Made by a program: the position numbers and the translations under genes
In this document: positions 15,501 through 28,239 of the stretch, piece by piece
Numbering within the stretch: position 1 is the stretch's first letter
Layout of the letters: each line of letters starts with the position of its first letter
The notes under the pieces: generated by a model
The model's input: only the letters and a program-made list of their open reading frames with translations
What the model was told of the DNA's origin: nothing
The model's database searches: none
IMG/VR virus record: IMGVR_UViG_3300012979_000032
Span: 28,915-92,914 of that record
Length of the DNA stretch: 64,000 bases
DNA from: a virus
Lineage: Duplodnaviria; Caudoviricetes
Strand: one strand, 5' to 3'

Positions 15501-18500
15501 ACTAAAGTATTATAATCTTCTTCGCTAACAATATCACCAAGTTTTAAATCTTTTGTAATTCTTGCCATTGCAGATAAATTATCTTTTAGTTTAGTAAAAT
15601 CTGGAATTGCTCCAGAAGCTTGACGCATTGTAGTAATAAATTCATCCCATTCGCCAGAAGCTGTATCAATGGAATAACCCATACCTTCAAAAGCAGCTTC
15701 AAACTGTTCAAATGCATCATAATCAGACCAATCGATCTAAGAAATTTGATCTAATAAAGCTGTTCTATCCTCTTCAGAAACATTTGCTTCTTCAAAGGCT
15801 TTCTCAATACCTAAATTAAGTTTTTTACCAATTTCTGCAATAGGACCTTTTTCTAATTCATTTATTGTATTGTCGAAATTTTTAAAAGCATTTAATGACA
15901 TGCTTTCAGACCAATCAAGATCTCCACCATCAGCATACTCACGATAGAATCCACCACTACCTTTATGCTCTTCTGCCAACGCATTCCATTCATCGACATA
16001 TGCTTTACGCATTTCTGCTCGCTTAGCCTTAGCGTCAGCTAAATCAACAAAACCTAAAGCTGTTAGCTGATCTTGAGTAAGAGCTTCCAAATCGGCGTCT
16101 GAGAAACCATTAATTTGGTCTCCTGTCATGTCATTCAAATTACCACGAGAACTCATTGCAGCAATTGCTTGCTAAGAATCCTTAGATATTCCTTCAATCT
16201 TTCCTTCTCGCAGATCAGTATAAACCTAACTTAATGTTTCTACCTAAGCATTTACAGCAGCATCGCCTTGACTAGATTTATACCAAGTTCTTAGCATAGA
16301 CTCAGTAACTTTAAAGTCTTCAGTTACATGTCCATCATCTCCAATATAACTATAAGTAAAAGAACCATCATCATTATATTGAATATCTACGCCCTATTTT
16401 CCAGCAGTTAAAGTAGCTGCATATTCTTGAGCCCATTGTTTTCTAGTCTCTGCATCAGTAGTAGAATCAAATTTATCTCCAGCCGCTGTTGCCGCTTCAG
16501 AATAAATTTTTGAAGCTCTGGCGCTAACGTCAGCTTGAGCATCTTCATTAACTATACTATTATAAATTTCATTAGCATTTAAAACGTTCTGAGCCGCCAA
16601 TTTCATGGCATCGTTTAATTGCTTATTGGCTTCAATAGTAGATTTAACTATATTTAGAATAGATTTTTTATAACTTTCGCTTTCACCTGTAAACTATTTA
16701 TCAATTAAATCTTTTAATGCAGAGTCCGTCATGGTGCCATTACTGTCTTCAAACTTCTTAACGATAGCATTAACTTTATCTTTTTCAGCTTTATTAGTTT
16801 GCTCTTTTACTTTATCATAAGTAAATAACCCGCCAAGAAGTCCTCCAACACCTCCGATTAAAGCGCCTGCGATTCCTCCAATAATATTACCAAGACCTGG
16901 AATAATAGTTCCTAAAGCGGCTCCGCCCCAAGCTCCACCTGCGGCTCCAGCAGCAGCAACACCTGCCGCCGTTGCCCAACGGCCTTTATCATTACTCTTT
17001 GTAGCAGCATCTAAATCTGCTCTTGCTCTTGCACTAGCAGCTTCAGCTTGTGCCAAATTAGCAGCTGATTGAGCTGTTAAAGTTTCTTGTAACTTATCAG
17101 ACTATGCTTGATCTATTCTCTTTTGTCCATCTTTAGTGAAAGTTATTTCACCATTTGTGCCAATGGTATAATCCTAACCTTCCATTAATCCAAGACTATT
17201 AATTAACTGTAAAGCAGCTTCATTCGTTTGAATTAAAGCTTCTTTCCATTCATCAGTACCAGCTATTAAAGAATCTAAGGTCTAACTTCCATCTTTATAG
17301 GAATCAAAAGTTGATAATAAATTATCATAACTCTCTTGAAGAATTTTATAATTTTCCTATAATGCTTCGGCGTCTGCTTGAGCCTATTCTGCTGCGATTT
17401 CTTCTTTTCGATAAGCTTTATCAATAGCATCTAAACCAGCAGTTAAAGCAAAACCAGCTAAATAAGCAACACCACCTAAAACGCCGCCAGTAGCAAACGC
17501 TGACACAGCACTGCTCGCAACAGACATAGTACTAGTAATTTTCTAAGCAGTACTTGCGCTTTCATCGCCTAAAGTGGCCATTAATGTAGATGCTTGAGAT
17601 AATCCGGCGCTAAATGACATAACAGCCTAAGAAGCTTTTTGCATTCCACTAGCAATTTTTGCGGCCTTTTCTTCGCGCATCTGTTCCATGGCTCGTCTTT
17701 GAGCCTCTTGCTCCTGAACTGTTGTCGCTTGAGTTGGAATTTGATTTGTACGCACAGCTTCTTCCCAATCAATCATGCCCTAAGCTTCGCCATGTGTTCT
17801 TCCTGCTCCGACGTAATCCTCTAATGCATTACCCGCCTCAAGATCTGCTCCTTTAGCTCCGTCAATAACATCTTGGATTTCTTTTTCAGCGGCGTTAGCA
17901 GCATTTACAATTTTCTATAAAGCTTTTTCAATATCTTCAATTTTAGTAACAGTACCTTCGCCAAAAGTCTTATTAATACTAGCCATTAATTGAGTACGAC
18001 CACTAACGTCATCGGGCGACATCTGTTTTAAAGCACTCGAATATTTATTTGCCATTGTGGTCTAATAAGCAGCATTAGACTATTTTTGTCTCAAATCTAA
18101 AAGACCTTGTACGCCATTGGATGCGCTATATCCCTCTGCTCTAGATAATATCCAATTAGCAGCTGCATCATTACTACGCACAAAAGTAGTACCATTTTTT
18201 CTGGTTCCTTTTTGAGCAGACCCTGCACGAATTACATTTTTAATATCAGCTGTAGAAGATTGTTTTTCAGCTTTAGCTAAAGCTTCTTTTTCTTGTCTTA
18301 AAGCTAATACTGCTGCCTGCTCTTCAGCCATGGCAGTAATGTCAGCCTAAGCTCTTGCTTTTTGAGCTGCTGTTAAACTACCTTCTGTAGATATCAATTG
18401 CTGTTTTGCCGCAAGCAATTTACTAGCAGCTTCGACAGAATAATATTCAGCAGAATCTTTTTTCCCGCTAGCCTCCAATTGAGACATAGTTTTTGCGTAA

Positions 18501-20188
18501 CCTGCTTGAGTATTCTTTATTTCCTTCTCAGCATTTACTTGAGCATAACTTTTAGTTTTTCCAGTTAATACTCCTTTTATTCCCGCGCCAACTTTGCCCA
18601 AGGCATTTTTTCCTTCAAACTAACCTGCCCAAGTATTTAATTTTAATAAACTATCACTAATACCGGACGTAATCTGCTAAGAAAATACTTTCGTAGCAAT
18701 CATTCCGATTGTGCTTAAAATACCTGGTAACCCACCGAAACCATTAGCTAAAGCTGTTACCGCTTTAGTCACGGCAGTAATACCATTAGTCATTTTAATA
18801 AAGCCTTTATCGTTCAAAAGAGTGGAAAATAATTCCTCTACCGCGGCTTTGCTTCTATTGGCTGCAGCCTCCCAAGACTCAGCATAAATATCTTGCTGTC
18901 TTTGCAAAGACCCATCAGCACCCTTGGCAGTATTCAAATTCTATTTCATACTGTCCCAATTATCCATCAGAGAAATAAGGGTTGTATACTGTCTTACTCC
19001 ACCAACCGTTTGAGCCAAAGCAGTTTTCTGCGCCATAGAAAGATTCTACCACTTTCCAGCTAAAGACTCTAAAATAGTATCCATATCTCGCATATTGCCA
19101 GTAGCATCTAAAATATTAACTCCAACTGTTTTTAGAGCACTAGAATATTTATTAAGATCAACACCATCTTCCAAGGTTTCTCCAAGAGATAAACCTTGTA
19201 ATCTTGAGAAAATAGTTCTTAGTCCAGTACCAACTGTATCAGCACTTTGACGAGTTTTAGAAACAATCGTTGCCAGTGCACTAGTCGCATAATCGTAAGA
19301 CAATCCAATTGTTTTACCAATTGACGCAAATTTTTCCAGACCAGCCGCAATTTCTTTTGTGCTAGAAGCAGTTGTTGCACCAAGAGCAGTCATAACATCA
19401 GCATAATGTTCCAATGACTTACTACCGTCATCGAAGTTATTCCAAATTGCTGTCATATAAGAAGAAACATCTTCCATATTTTCTTTAGTAACATTCGCCA
19501 TTTTTATAACAGCATCAGTACGCTTTTTTACTTCAGCATCGCTTAAACCCTGTTGATAGAAAATCAAAGACGCTTTTGCATAAGAATTTGTCGTTGTACT
19601 TAACTTTTGCGCACTTGCATTAGCCGCTTGAGCGAACTTCGCCATTTCAGCCGCGCTTTGACCAGTAACAATGCGAATATCATTCAAAGAACTATTTAAG
19701 TTTTTTGTATATGAAATAGCATCTGAAATAGCTTTAGTTACTCCCTAATACATCGTTGCAGAAATTTGGTACTAAGCAGTATTCTTCAATGTTCTAGCAA
19801 AAGATTGAACTAATCTATTTGCAGTTTTTAAAGGAACTTCTGTGTGAGCAACAGCAGTTGCCAAAGACATAAAAGCCTATTGTCCGGCTGTACCTGCTCT
19901 TAAAAACTAAGCACTAATTTCATTAACAGAAGTGCCGGCCTCGCGAAGATTTTTATTTAATACAGATAAATCTAATTTATTTGTATTTTGATTAAAAGCC
20001 CGATTTAAGCTTGACTCTAAAACTTTGGCGTTTTGTACCGCTTCATTTAACCCAAAATCTTCAAAGCCTCTGGAAGCCTAAGCCTTGCGCAAATTAGTTA
20101 AAGATGCTTCTAAAGACGAAATAGCTTTTTTAGCTGCGGTAATATCAGCGTCAATGCCCAATCGCACTTTTACTACATTCTCGGCCAT
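6536..20188 (-). CDS. Tape measure protein (~4550 aa, dozens of in-frame TAG)
   Basis: All long minus fragments from 6536 to 19687 are in one frame; ATG 20188 with AAAGGAG RBS, TAA 6536; N-terminal TMP-type region (IRIVTGQSAAEM...TVGTGLRTIFSRLQ); Ala/Glu-rich helical composition; follows tail tube and chaperone genes. Confidence 0.85.
13745..14150 (-). repeat. 78-bp (26 aa) tandem coding repeat, ~5 copies, inside the tape measure gene
   Basis: Units like TKTITFIGTEGQTYTDTYTSCTADGA. Confidence 0.85.
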
Positions 20189-20291
20189 AATTCTATCTCC
20201 TTTCTCTCCTCACGGTAAAAAATAATGAGGGTAAATAAATTACCCCCATCCCCTATTTTTTATTAAAATTATATTATTTTTTTTAATTACA

Positions 20292-20813
20292 TTAGCCCAA
20301 GTTCTTCATTACATCCTGCAACAAGGTAACATCTCCAATATTGGCTAAATCTTCTTGTAGTTTATTAATATCAAAACTTGTTTCGTCATAATTGTTGCTT
20401 AAGCGCTCCAATACTCCCATAATTGAGCTATTATAAGTGTAAATTGCCGTTACGCATTCAGCAGTATTCTTAACTAAATATTCATATTCATGAGAAGGAA
20501 TTGCGCTAAAAATTTTATCAAAAATTTGATTTTCTTCAAGTAAATCATATAGCTTAGCCGGATCTTCACGCTGTTTCTCTGTAAAAGCGAGATTAGTATA
20601 TCTAAAAACAATCTCTAATTTTGTAAATATTTCAATTTTTACCGGATTCGCAAAATTATTCGCATCAGCAGCCCAATTAATTACAGAACTAATTAAATCT
20701 AATTTATCATTAATTGGCAAATATTGCTTAACTTCAATTTCCTGATCATTTATAATAACAGTCTTAACAGAATTATTCATCTTAAGACCAAGTTTAGCAA
20801 AAGTAGGTTTCAT
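20292..20813 (-). CDS. Probable tail assembly chaperone (no TAG)
   Basis: MKPTFAKLG..., AAAGGAG RBS, own promoter (TTGACA 20873-20878, TATAAT 20850-20855); immediately upstream of TMP. Confidence 0.6.
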   Translation of the reverse strand: MKPTFAKLGLKMNNSVKTVIINDQEIEVKQYLPINDKLDLISSVINWAADANNFANPVKIEIFTKLEIVFRYTNLAFTEKQREDPAKLYDLLEENQIFDKIFSAIPSHEYEYLVKNTAECVTAIYTYNSSIMGVLERLSNNYDETSFDINKLQEDLANIGDVTLLQDVMKNLG

Positions 20814-20874
20814 ATAATTATCTCCTTTCATCTCCACTCTGATATTTATATTATATCAGAAAAATTTTCTTTTG

Positions 20875-21927
20875 TCAAGTTTGCTAGCGAAGTATATCTA
20901 ATACTTCTTCGACTTTTTTCTTAACCTCTTCTTTTCCGCCCTCTATTTCTTTTGGAATAAAGTAACGATTCAATAATGTTTTTAATCTTGTCTAAGTACG
21001 TTTAGAAACAGATCCATCGGATAACTGCTAATCATATAATTTTAATACCGTCGTCAAATTATAAATAATTTCTAAAATTGCATTAACAGCAATAATTTGT
21101 TCATTTCTATTCTTTGCCTGAACCCATCGTCCATCAATTTTTAAGTCACCTTGTTTCGTAGCACGAATATTATCCATACGAGTATTTCCTTCAAATAATG
21201 GTTTTAAAGAATTTTTAATTTCAAAACCATCACTATTATAATATTTATCCAAAAACCATTCCCATAACCATCCTTGATTGAATAAAATCATGTCTCCTTC
21301 ATAATTATAATATGTAGTCATTGTTCTAGATTCTCCACCACTCCACATGGCGTATACATTTTGGTCAATATTATTTTTTTGATACATAGCATGTCTTTTA
21401 CTCATAAACCAATCTGCGCTATGATCCCATATCTTAGAAGTTTCCGATAGCTATTGAATTCTTTGCCATTGCTTTAAAGCGCTAGAATTCATCTATCTTT
21501 TCTTTTGAGCTTCAACTAATTTTTTTTCTAAGGCATAAGTTAAACCAACCGCATCTTTAGACACCATAGTCAGCTCCTGTAAAACTTCATGCTCAGGAAT
21601 TAAAGCATTCGCATTATCACCGGTAAAATAATAATCAATAGGTTCATCCATTAAACGATGACGTATTAGAAAAATTAACTAAGCTCCATATACCATATAC
21701 TATTGATACGTATCTTGACTTAAAGCATCTTTATTTCCAACTAAATAAGATCTAGTTCTTCCAACTCTCTAAATTTCAATGGTGCTTGTAAATTTTTCAC
21801 ATAAGCCTAAAATAGTTTTTAAGAGCATCTGCTTTGACCTGCGTTTTGGCATAGATTGAGTTAAAGCAGCATCTGGTAAACTTTTTTCTAATATATGTCG
21901 TAATTCAAGCTCTAAATTAAAATCCAT
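20875..21927 (-). CDS. Hypothetical protein (350 aa, TAG-recoded)
   Basis: ATG 21927 with AAAGGAG RBS; frame includes ORF 21028..21405; open to TGA 20875 with TAG as sense. Confidence 0.75.
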
Positions 21928-21957
21928 TCTTTTGCCCTCTCCTTTCTCTCAAAACAA

Positions 21958-21996
21958 AAAAAATAGGGGAGGGTTATCGAAATAACCCTCCCCTTA
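21958..21996 (-). terminator. Terminator after major tail gene
   Basis: AGGGGAGGGTTAT/ATAACCCTCCCCT hairpin plus T-run. Confidence 0.8.
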
Positions 21997-22010
21997 AATT
22001 AGAACTTAAA

Positions 22011-23027
22011 TTAGTTCCAAGTCAAAGCATCATGGTTCTCTTCATGAGCGGTGCTATGACGATGGAGTTCCTGAGTCTCTGCAGTCTTAATGATCTGGAT
22101 AGCAGCAAGAACCTTCTTAGAATGATCGAATCTGGTATAATCCGGGAAAGCATCCATGGTGAAAGTGAAAGTGGATGGGTCACCAGAAGAAGCCATAGTA
22201 AAGGTGAAGTTAGACTGAATCTTGCAGTTAGGAATAATAAACTCTGCAGGCATATCTACACCACGCTGATCGCGGAACAAAGTAGAAGCCTCAAGATAAT
22301 AGTTACCACCGAACTTATCAGGAGTAATCTCAATCTGCATGCTTCCATCACCCTGACGCTCAACATAATAATCAACGATTACACTGTCAAACTTGGTATG
22401 ATCGAGAACGCCGTTATCAAAGAAAACCTTATCAACAACATAGCGATGGGTTTCGCCCTCAGCAGCAGAACCAAACTCATCATAGCAATCATGATTCATG
22501 AGATAAAGAGCATTTTCAATAGTGCCTTCAACCTCATCATCAGCAGCAAAGTGAACAGGAATGTAAGGCTCAGAAACAATTTCGTCGTCCTTAACAAACA
22601 TTACATAAGCCATATTTCCACGGCCATCGCCAGGAAGATAAGGCTTTTCACTAGTCTCAATGTAAATAACATTGTTAGCATTAACCTTAACCTTGCTAGC
22701 ATCAATAGTTTCAGAAATGTGCTGATAGATTGGCTGCTCATCAGCATCAATCAAGCCAGCACCAGAAAGAATCATGAATCCTTCAGGAGAGATGAGAGCA
22801 TCTTCCATGGTGAAGGTAACAGTTCTTTCACCCTCCCAAGCTACTAGACGGCTATTACCACGACCACCCTGTGCATAAACAGTGGTAGCTGCACCTTCCA
22901 TACTGGAAGTCTTCAAAGTATCAAAATAAATTACGGGCTCATTAGCATAGAAAATCTTCTTGCCGACCTTCATAGCACTCTTAGCCTTTAGTACTACGTC
23001 ACAAATTTCGCGTACACCGAACTTCAT
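22011..23027 (-). CDS. Major tail tube protein (338 aa, no TAG)
   Basis: MKFGVREICDVV...AQGGRGNSRLVAWEGERTVTFTMEDAL...SGDPSTFTFTMDAF; siphovirus tail-tube-like sequence and position; highly biased codon usage. Confidence 0.8.
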   Translation of the reverse strand: MKFGVREICDVVLKAKSAMKVGKKIFYANEPVIYFDTLKTSSMEGAATTVYAQGGRGNSRLVAWEGERTVTFTMEDALISPEGFMILSGAGLIDADEQPIYQHISETIDASKVKVNANNVIYIETSEKPYLPGDGRGNMAYVMFVKDDEIVSEPYIPVHFAADDEVEGTIENALYLMNHDCYDEFGSAAEGETHRYVVDKVFFDNGVLDHTKFDSVIVDYYVERQGDGSMQIEITPDKFGGNYYLEASTLFRDQRGVDMPAEFIIPNCKIQSNFTFTMASSGDPSTFTFTMDAFPDYTRFDHSKKVLAAIQIIKTAETQELHRHSTAHEENHDALTWN

Positions 23028-23049
23028 ATAGCAGTTCCTCCTTTAAAAT

Positions 23050-23781
23050 TTAATGAAGATTTTTCATCCAATTATCTGGTTGAGATTCAGGCTTGCCACC
23101 CGCAAGACGAGTGCGCACATCAAGATCCCAATTCATATAAAGCTAGTATCTTTCCATTAAATCATACAACTAATACATTGTACAATTTATCAGATCCTCC
23201 ATAGACATTGAATGAAGTCCAACAGTAAGGATTGAAAGATATTGGCTAAATACGCTGGTGTTCGCTCCTCCCTTTTGTTCGGCCACACGTTTGCGGCCTC
23301 TCATTAATTTATCAGCAATCTCTTTTGCTTTCGCGTCGGCTGGATTAAATGCGGTCTAATCCATAGGCCCCGAGCGCAAACAAAATACATCTCTAACAAC
23401 TTCTTGCAATTGTTCAAAATTACTTTCATCAACAATTAAGTTATTATTATCTCGATCTTTGAAAATTAATGACTAAGGAGAGAACATTATAGAATAATCA
23501 GGGAATAGCAGCTTTAAAACGTCTTTTACGCATTTCTTTTTATCTGCCATCTCTTTTTCTCCTATCACTGTCATAAATATTTGAAAATTATTGATAGTGT
23601 CTAAAACACTTTTGTCCTATACGAACATAGTTTTATGGAGCGCCAGCGTTTGCGCTCCTACGAAAAAATTTGTATCGCCTAAGTAAGAAATTTCTTTAAT
23701 TGACGGTTGATGAAGAACTAACTAGCACTCAGGAATTGGAATATCAACTCCCGTAATAAGTGCCATTCTTAAATCAGCCAT
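23050..23781 (-). CDS. Conserved-type tail-module protein (243 aa, 6 TAG), absent from ORF track
   Basis: MADLRMALITGVDIPIPEC(Q)LVLHQPSIKEI...TMY(Q)LYDLMERY(Q)LY...PDNWMKNLH; ATG 23781, TAA 23050. Confidence 0.8.
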
Positions 23782-23782
23782 A

Positions 23783-24364
23783 TTACCTCAAAGATGAATA
23801 AAATTCAGCTTCAAGCTTTGCCTACTCTTCTGGAGAAGTCATAGGCTTCTTGTCCTCTTCGCCATGAATTGCAGCGTACATTAAACATAACCCGCCGTAT
23901 TCATCAGTTAATATAACCTGGGAACAACCAACAAACTCTAACTCGCCAATTCCGGTTAAATGTTTGCCATCAAACATTGAATCAATTTCAGCCGCAATAC
24001 GATAAGGACGCAATTTAAAATCATGCATTTGCCATTGATCAAAATGACAAATAATATCAAATTCAATAATATTATCTCTAAATTCTGGATTCGTTCTATT
24101 CGGAGTAAAATTATCAAAATTGACAATCACATAACTCAAAACAGAATTATCGACATATAACTTTGGAACAATTTTTATATTTTTATTTACCAACCCAAGT
24201 GATTCATCTTGTGTTAGATTCGGCCTTTCCATTGCGTCTTTTGAATTATAAAATAACAAACGCTTAAAACGTTCATTTTTTAACAATTCACGAGTAATTA
24301 ATTCCATGTCTTTTTCCACAGATAGAAAAGAGGACTTAGGTCTCTTTACTCCATCAATTCTCAT
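23783..24364 (-). CDS. Tail terminator/completion-like protein (193 aa, 1 TAG)
   Basis: ORF 23822..24364 extends through TAG to TAA 23783, abutting the next ATG; neck position. Confidence 0.6.
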
Positions 24365-24382
24365 AAAAAAACTCCTTTACTC

Positions 24383-25543
24383 TTAAAATAATGATTCAAC
24401 CACAATAGTTTTTGTGATGTCACCATAACTAATTTCAAATTGCCCGCTATGTGATTTTTCCCAGCGCAATTGAATTTGTCTATTGTCTTTAGGATTTACA
24501 CTAAAAGTTAAAGGCAATTTATCTGGTTTAATTGTCCAAGTGCTGGTAGCTGGACCTTGATACTTATAAAAATAAACTCCATGAGGCTTAATGAAAATAT
24601 CTCCAATAATACGCTTAGTACTTGGATCTTCTTCATTTGGATCTTCTGGTTTATTAATAAATGCGCCAACCATACCATTTTCAACATCATCTTCAGTTTC
24701 ATTGGCATAATATTCAACTGCTGTAACCTCGAGGATTCCAGGAGTAGAAATCCAATCTGTCGCTTCCACTCTCCAGCATACGTTTGGAGCGCCAGGCTCT
24801 ATATTCTACAAATAAAATTTAGAATACCGTTTAAACTGTTTTAATGTTTGTTCAGTACGTGGCATTAAAATATGTAAACTATAATTTGGATTATCAACAG
24901 AAATCTAATGCTTTTGGATATAATCAATCTTAGTTTCAACTGGGCCACGAATTGCAGCATATGTAGAATGAATTCCTTCTTCATCCTCCCAGCTAATTTC
25001 ATAAGAACACTTTCTGATTTCTCCTCTAAAATAAGCAATTTCGTTCATATCCTATAAATAAATTAACCAATGACTGCCCGTGCCACACCATTCAAATACA
25101 TCGCCAACTCCAAAGCCATATTCATAAGGTATAGAAATAATCTTATCGTCATAATCCATCTTAGTCTTATCCGGATTAATTAATGCACGCACCATTGGAT
25201 AAGGCTATTTTTTTGCCCAGTCCTCATTCGGACCTACATTTTTTTGATGGACTTTACGCACATTAGCACCATGGTATGAAAAATTTAATACTCTATCAAG
25301 AGTGCGTTTTTTATCAGCGACCATGCGGCTTTGCTGATCAAAACCTCCATGAATATGTAAGCGAGGAGCTAAACTACTATTTGCAATAATTGTCGGGTCA
25401 GTTTTTACAACCTTACCTTCATTCCATTCGACGGTATTAAGATCTCCCTCTTCGATGGTGTACTGATGATGTGTTATCATTCCCAATCTATTTGCCATAG
25501 AATTTAAGCAAGCATTGCGACGTTTTAAAGTTTCATCAACCAC
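24383..25543 (-). CDS. Head-closure/neck protein (386 aa, TAG-recoded)
   Basis: ORFs 25205..25543 and 24383..24769 are in one frame, joined through TAGs. Confidence 0.65.
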
Positions 25544-25841
25544 GATTTAGCTCCTAGATCAGATTGATACACTCAAATACTGTCTTGCGGTATAGCTCAA
25601 AATTCATTTCCTTAACGCGCAATCCTTCAAGCTTGCTTAATAATTGAAGAAAAGTTGGACACATAATGAAAATTTCATTCAGTCCAACTACTTCAATAAT
25701 AACGGTTTCAAGTTGTTTTTCCCAATTCTCTTCATTCTCCCGCATCGGAATTAATTTCCACATCTAATTAGTTAAGCGGGTAATATTTTTACTAATAGTT
25801 TCTTCTGGAAATTTTAAATCATATTTATCAAGAAGGCTCAT
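25536..25841 (-). CDS. Hypothetical neck-region protein (101 aa, 2 TAG)
   Basis: MSLLDKYDLKFPEE...TN(Q)MWKLIPMRENEENW...; overlaps both neighbours by a few bases. Confidence 0.7.
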
Positions 25842-26430
25842 TGTTGCCAGTCCTTAAAATAGACCAGTTAGAACGATAAATTCCATCGTCACCTAACTTA
25901 CGTCTTTTATATAATCTTTGCATATGGAATGATTCTCTATGAGCTTCATTTAATAAGCTTAACAACTTAGATAAATGGTTAGCTTGTGAAGTCATTTTAA
26001 AATCAGATCCAGAATATTTCATACGGGTATTTTCAATAGAAGAAACTTGACGTTGAATCCAACCGCACTTCATAAGAAGCGCAAGAATATTAATTTCTTC
26101 AGAAGTCAATTCAACATTAAATGAAGATAATTCAACTAAAACATCGGGAACGCCATCAATATTGGGGTCATCCTCAAATCCACTATTCCAGATAATACCA
26201 ATAACAAAATCGCCATCAGTGACTTCATCTTCTGGAATTACAGCAGTCTCAATTGTATAATCAGTGAGACATTTTCTAGGAAATTCAAAACCAGGAATAG
26301 CATCTATTAGAAGTCTTTGCAAATCCTTAATGGTATCCTGAGGAGTTAACTCCATGTACATATCATCAGTAATTTTTTCGAGGAAACGATTGTAAATGGT
26401 AGAAAACTTAGTTCCAGTTTTCTGCTCCAT
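25828..26430 (-). CDS. Head-tail adaptor-like protein (200 aa)
   Basis: Intact ORF with RBS downstream of the capsid genes. Confidence 0.6.
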   Translation of the reverse strand: MEQKTGTKFSTIYNRFLEKITDDMYMELTPQDTIKDLQRLLIDAIPGFEFPRKCLTDYTIETAVIPEDEVTDGDFVIGIIWNSGFEDDPNIDGVPDVLVELSSFNVELTSEEINILALLMKCGWIQRQVSSIENTRMKYSGSDFKMTSQANHLSKLLSLLNEAHRESFHMQRLYKRRKLGDDGIYRSNWSILRTGNNEPS

Positions 26431-26443
26431 TTAAGTCCCTCCC

Positions 26444-27034
26444 TTATTCGTTTTCCTGAGCGGGCTTATCCTTTACTACTACCTTATAATTAGGAGCAGT
26501 TCTACGGCCAGTCTGAGCAGCAGGCTTTACGCGACGCTCAGCGGGAGCCGCAGACTCGGTAGCAGCTGCCTTTTCCTCAGCCTTTTCAGCCTGAAGATTG
26601 GCAACAGCCTTATCTACATCAAAGCCAGTCTTTTCCAAAAGAGCCTTACGCTTATTATAGTCTTCCAAAGGAAGAGATACTGACATAGTCTTAATCAAAT
26701 CAATAACACCCATTGGGGCAAAATCCAAAGCATCCAAGAAGGCATCAAGAGAACCATGAGTCAGCAAATCACGAATCTGAGTTTCAGACATGTCGTATTC
26801 AACTTCTCTACGAACATTAAGATTATTAGTAACGGCTTCATCTACAATCTGTAGGAACTCTTCAAGGAGAGCATGGCCGCCGGGCTGATAAGTCAGCTTC
26901 TCAAGCTCGCCAAATGGGATCTTCTTAGTTTCACCAGGCTGGAATTCACGACGTAGATTAGTTTCCGGAATACGATAAACTACCACGCTAGAACTTCTGT
27001 TTTTAACATTATACATAGTATCAGATGTAATCAT
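26444..27034 (-). CDS. Hypothetical head-module protein
   Basis: MITSDTMYNVKNRS... with AAAGGAG RBS; follows the capsid terminator. Confidence 0.7.
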   Translation of the reverse strand: MITSDTMYNVKNRSSSVVVYRIPETNLRREFQPGETKKIPFGELEKLTYQPGGHALLEEFLQIVDEAVTNNLNVRREVEYDMSETQIRDLLTHGSLDAFLDALDFAPMGVIDLIKTMSVSLPLEDYNKRKALLEKTGFDVDKAVANLQAEKAEEKAAATESAAPAERRVKPAAQTGRRTAPNYKVVVKDKPAQENE

Positions 27035-27064
27035 AATTTCAAATCTCCTTTGTCTCATTTAATA

Positions 27065-27101
27065 AAATAAATGGGGGAGAGGGAGTTACCCTCTCCCCCT
27101 A
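27065..27101 (-). terminator. Terminator after major capsid gene
   Basis: GGGGGAGAGGG/CCCTCTCCCC hairpin plus T-rich tail. Confidence 0.75.
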
Positions 27102-27107
27102 GTAAAA

Positions 27108-28220
27108 TTACTGAATTACGCCAGAAAGACGTCCATCATAAGTGGCAACCTTGCCGGTAATGCCATCAAGCTCCCAAGTAGCCATCTTGCCAAGTAGAGA
27201 AGTATCTACATAAGCACAGACGTTGTTAGCGAGCATGCAAACTACGCCAACCTTCTTGTAAACCTGAATCTCACGAGAACGATCATAACCAACATAGTCA
27301 TCAACAATGGTGCCACCCTCGAAAGCAATCTTAACAGGCTTTCCATCAGCACCAGTTGGGATAACCCAAGCATAGCCAGGATCAATTACCTTGCGGGTAT
27401 TGGTCTCGTCATCGAAGGACTGCTCCAAGATAACAACCTTGGTGCCCTTGTACTGAGCCAAGCGACCAGTGTTCCAGAGCTCGGTCTTCATGGCCTCGGT
27501 GTAGCGCCAAGCTTCCTGAGGAATCATGCGAACAGCGAACTCATAAGTGCAATAAATGGTAGGAGTACCATAAGCAGAAGCGATCATAATCAAACGATCC
27601 ATAGCAGCCTCATCGAAACCAGCGCAAGCAACGCGGTTGGCAGGAGGAAGCTGATTTACAGAAGCCTTCAAAGCAGCGGCAACTTCCTTAGCGATTAGCT
27701 CGTCCATACCTTCCATAACAATCTTGGTGACCTCAGCGAAATCGACGCGTCCATCAAGGAACTCTTCGAATCCGATCTGAGCAGCGCCACCGATTGCGCT
27801 GGTACGTACTTCAAAGCTCTCGCTCTCGGAAGGACCGAGCTTGAATACTTCGTAGATGCCAGCCAAGCCAACGCGAGTAATGAACTGCTTAGCACGCTGA
27901 CGAGTATTGTTTAGAGGACGACGGAAAACAGGCTTGTCGCCCTGAGCAAAGGTCTTAACCTCAGCGTATTGGTCATAACGCTGCATGATCTTCTTGGGGA
28001 GAATTTCATCAAGAGTCTCCTCGATCATGGAATAAATCAAATTCTTATTCTCACGGAATAGAGAATAAGTTCCAGCAAGCTCATTGAGTTCCTTACGGAG
28101 GGTCTCATTCATAGCCTCATAGGTAAGGTTCTTGCCTTCAAAACTATAGGAAACAGGAGCAGAAGGATCAGCCTTGGCGACCTGCTTCATTAAAGCAACC
28201 AAATTAACTCTATCTAACAT
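27108..28220 (-). CDS. Major capsid protein (370 aa, no TAG)
   Basis: Size, position after protease/scaffold and decoration genes, strongly biased codon usage, downstream terminator. Confidence 0.8.
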   Translation of the reverse strand: MLDRVNLVALMKQVAKADPSAPVSYSFEGKNLTYEAMNETLRKELNELAGTYSLFRENKNLIYSMIEETLDEILPKKIMQRYDQYAEVKTFAQGDKPVFRRPLNNTRQRAKQFITRVGLAGIYEVFKLGPSESESFEVRTSAIGGAAQIGFEEFLDGRVDFAEVTKIVMEGMDELIAKEVAAALKASVNQLPPANRVACAGFDEAAMDRLIMIASAYGTPTIYCTYEFAVRMIPQEAWRYTEAMKTELWNTGRLAQYKGTKVVILEQSFDDETNTRKVIDPGYAWVIPTGADGKPVKIAFEGGTIVDDYVGYDRSREIQVYKKVGVVCMLANNVCAYVDTSLLGKMATWELDGITGKVATYDGRLSGVIQ

Positions 28221-28239
28221 AATCTTCTCTCTCCTTTCC

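Noticed and set aside
791-20188. Pseudogenised or error-ridden tail genes (decayed prophage)
   Set aside because: Interruptions checked are TAG, all in one frame, with no frameshifts; recoding explains them better.
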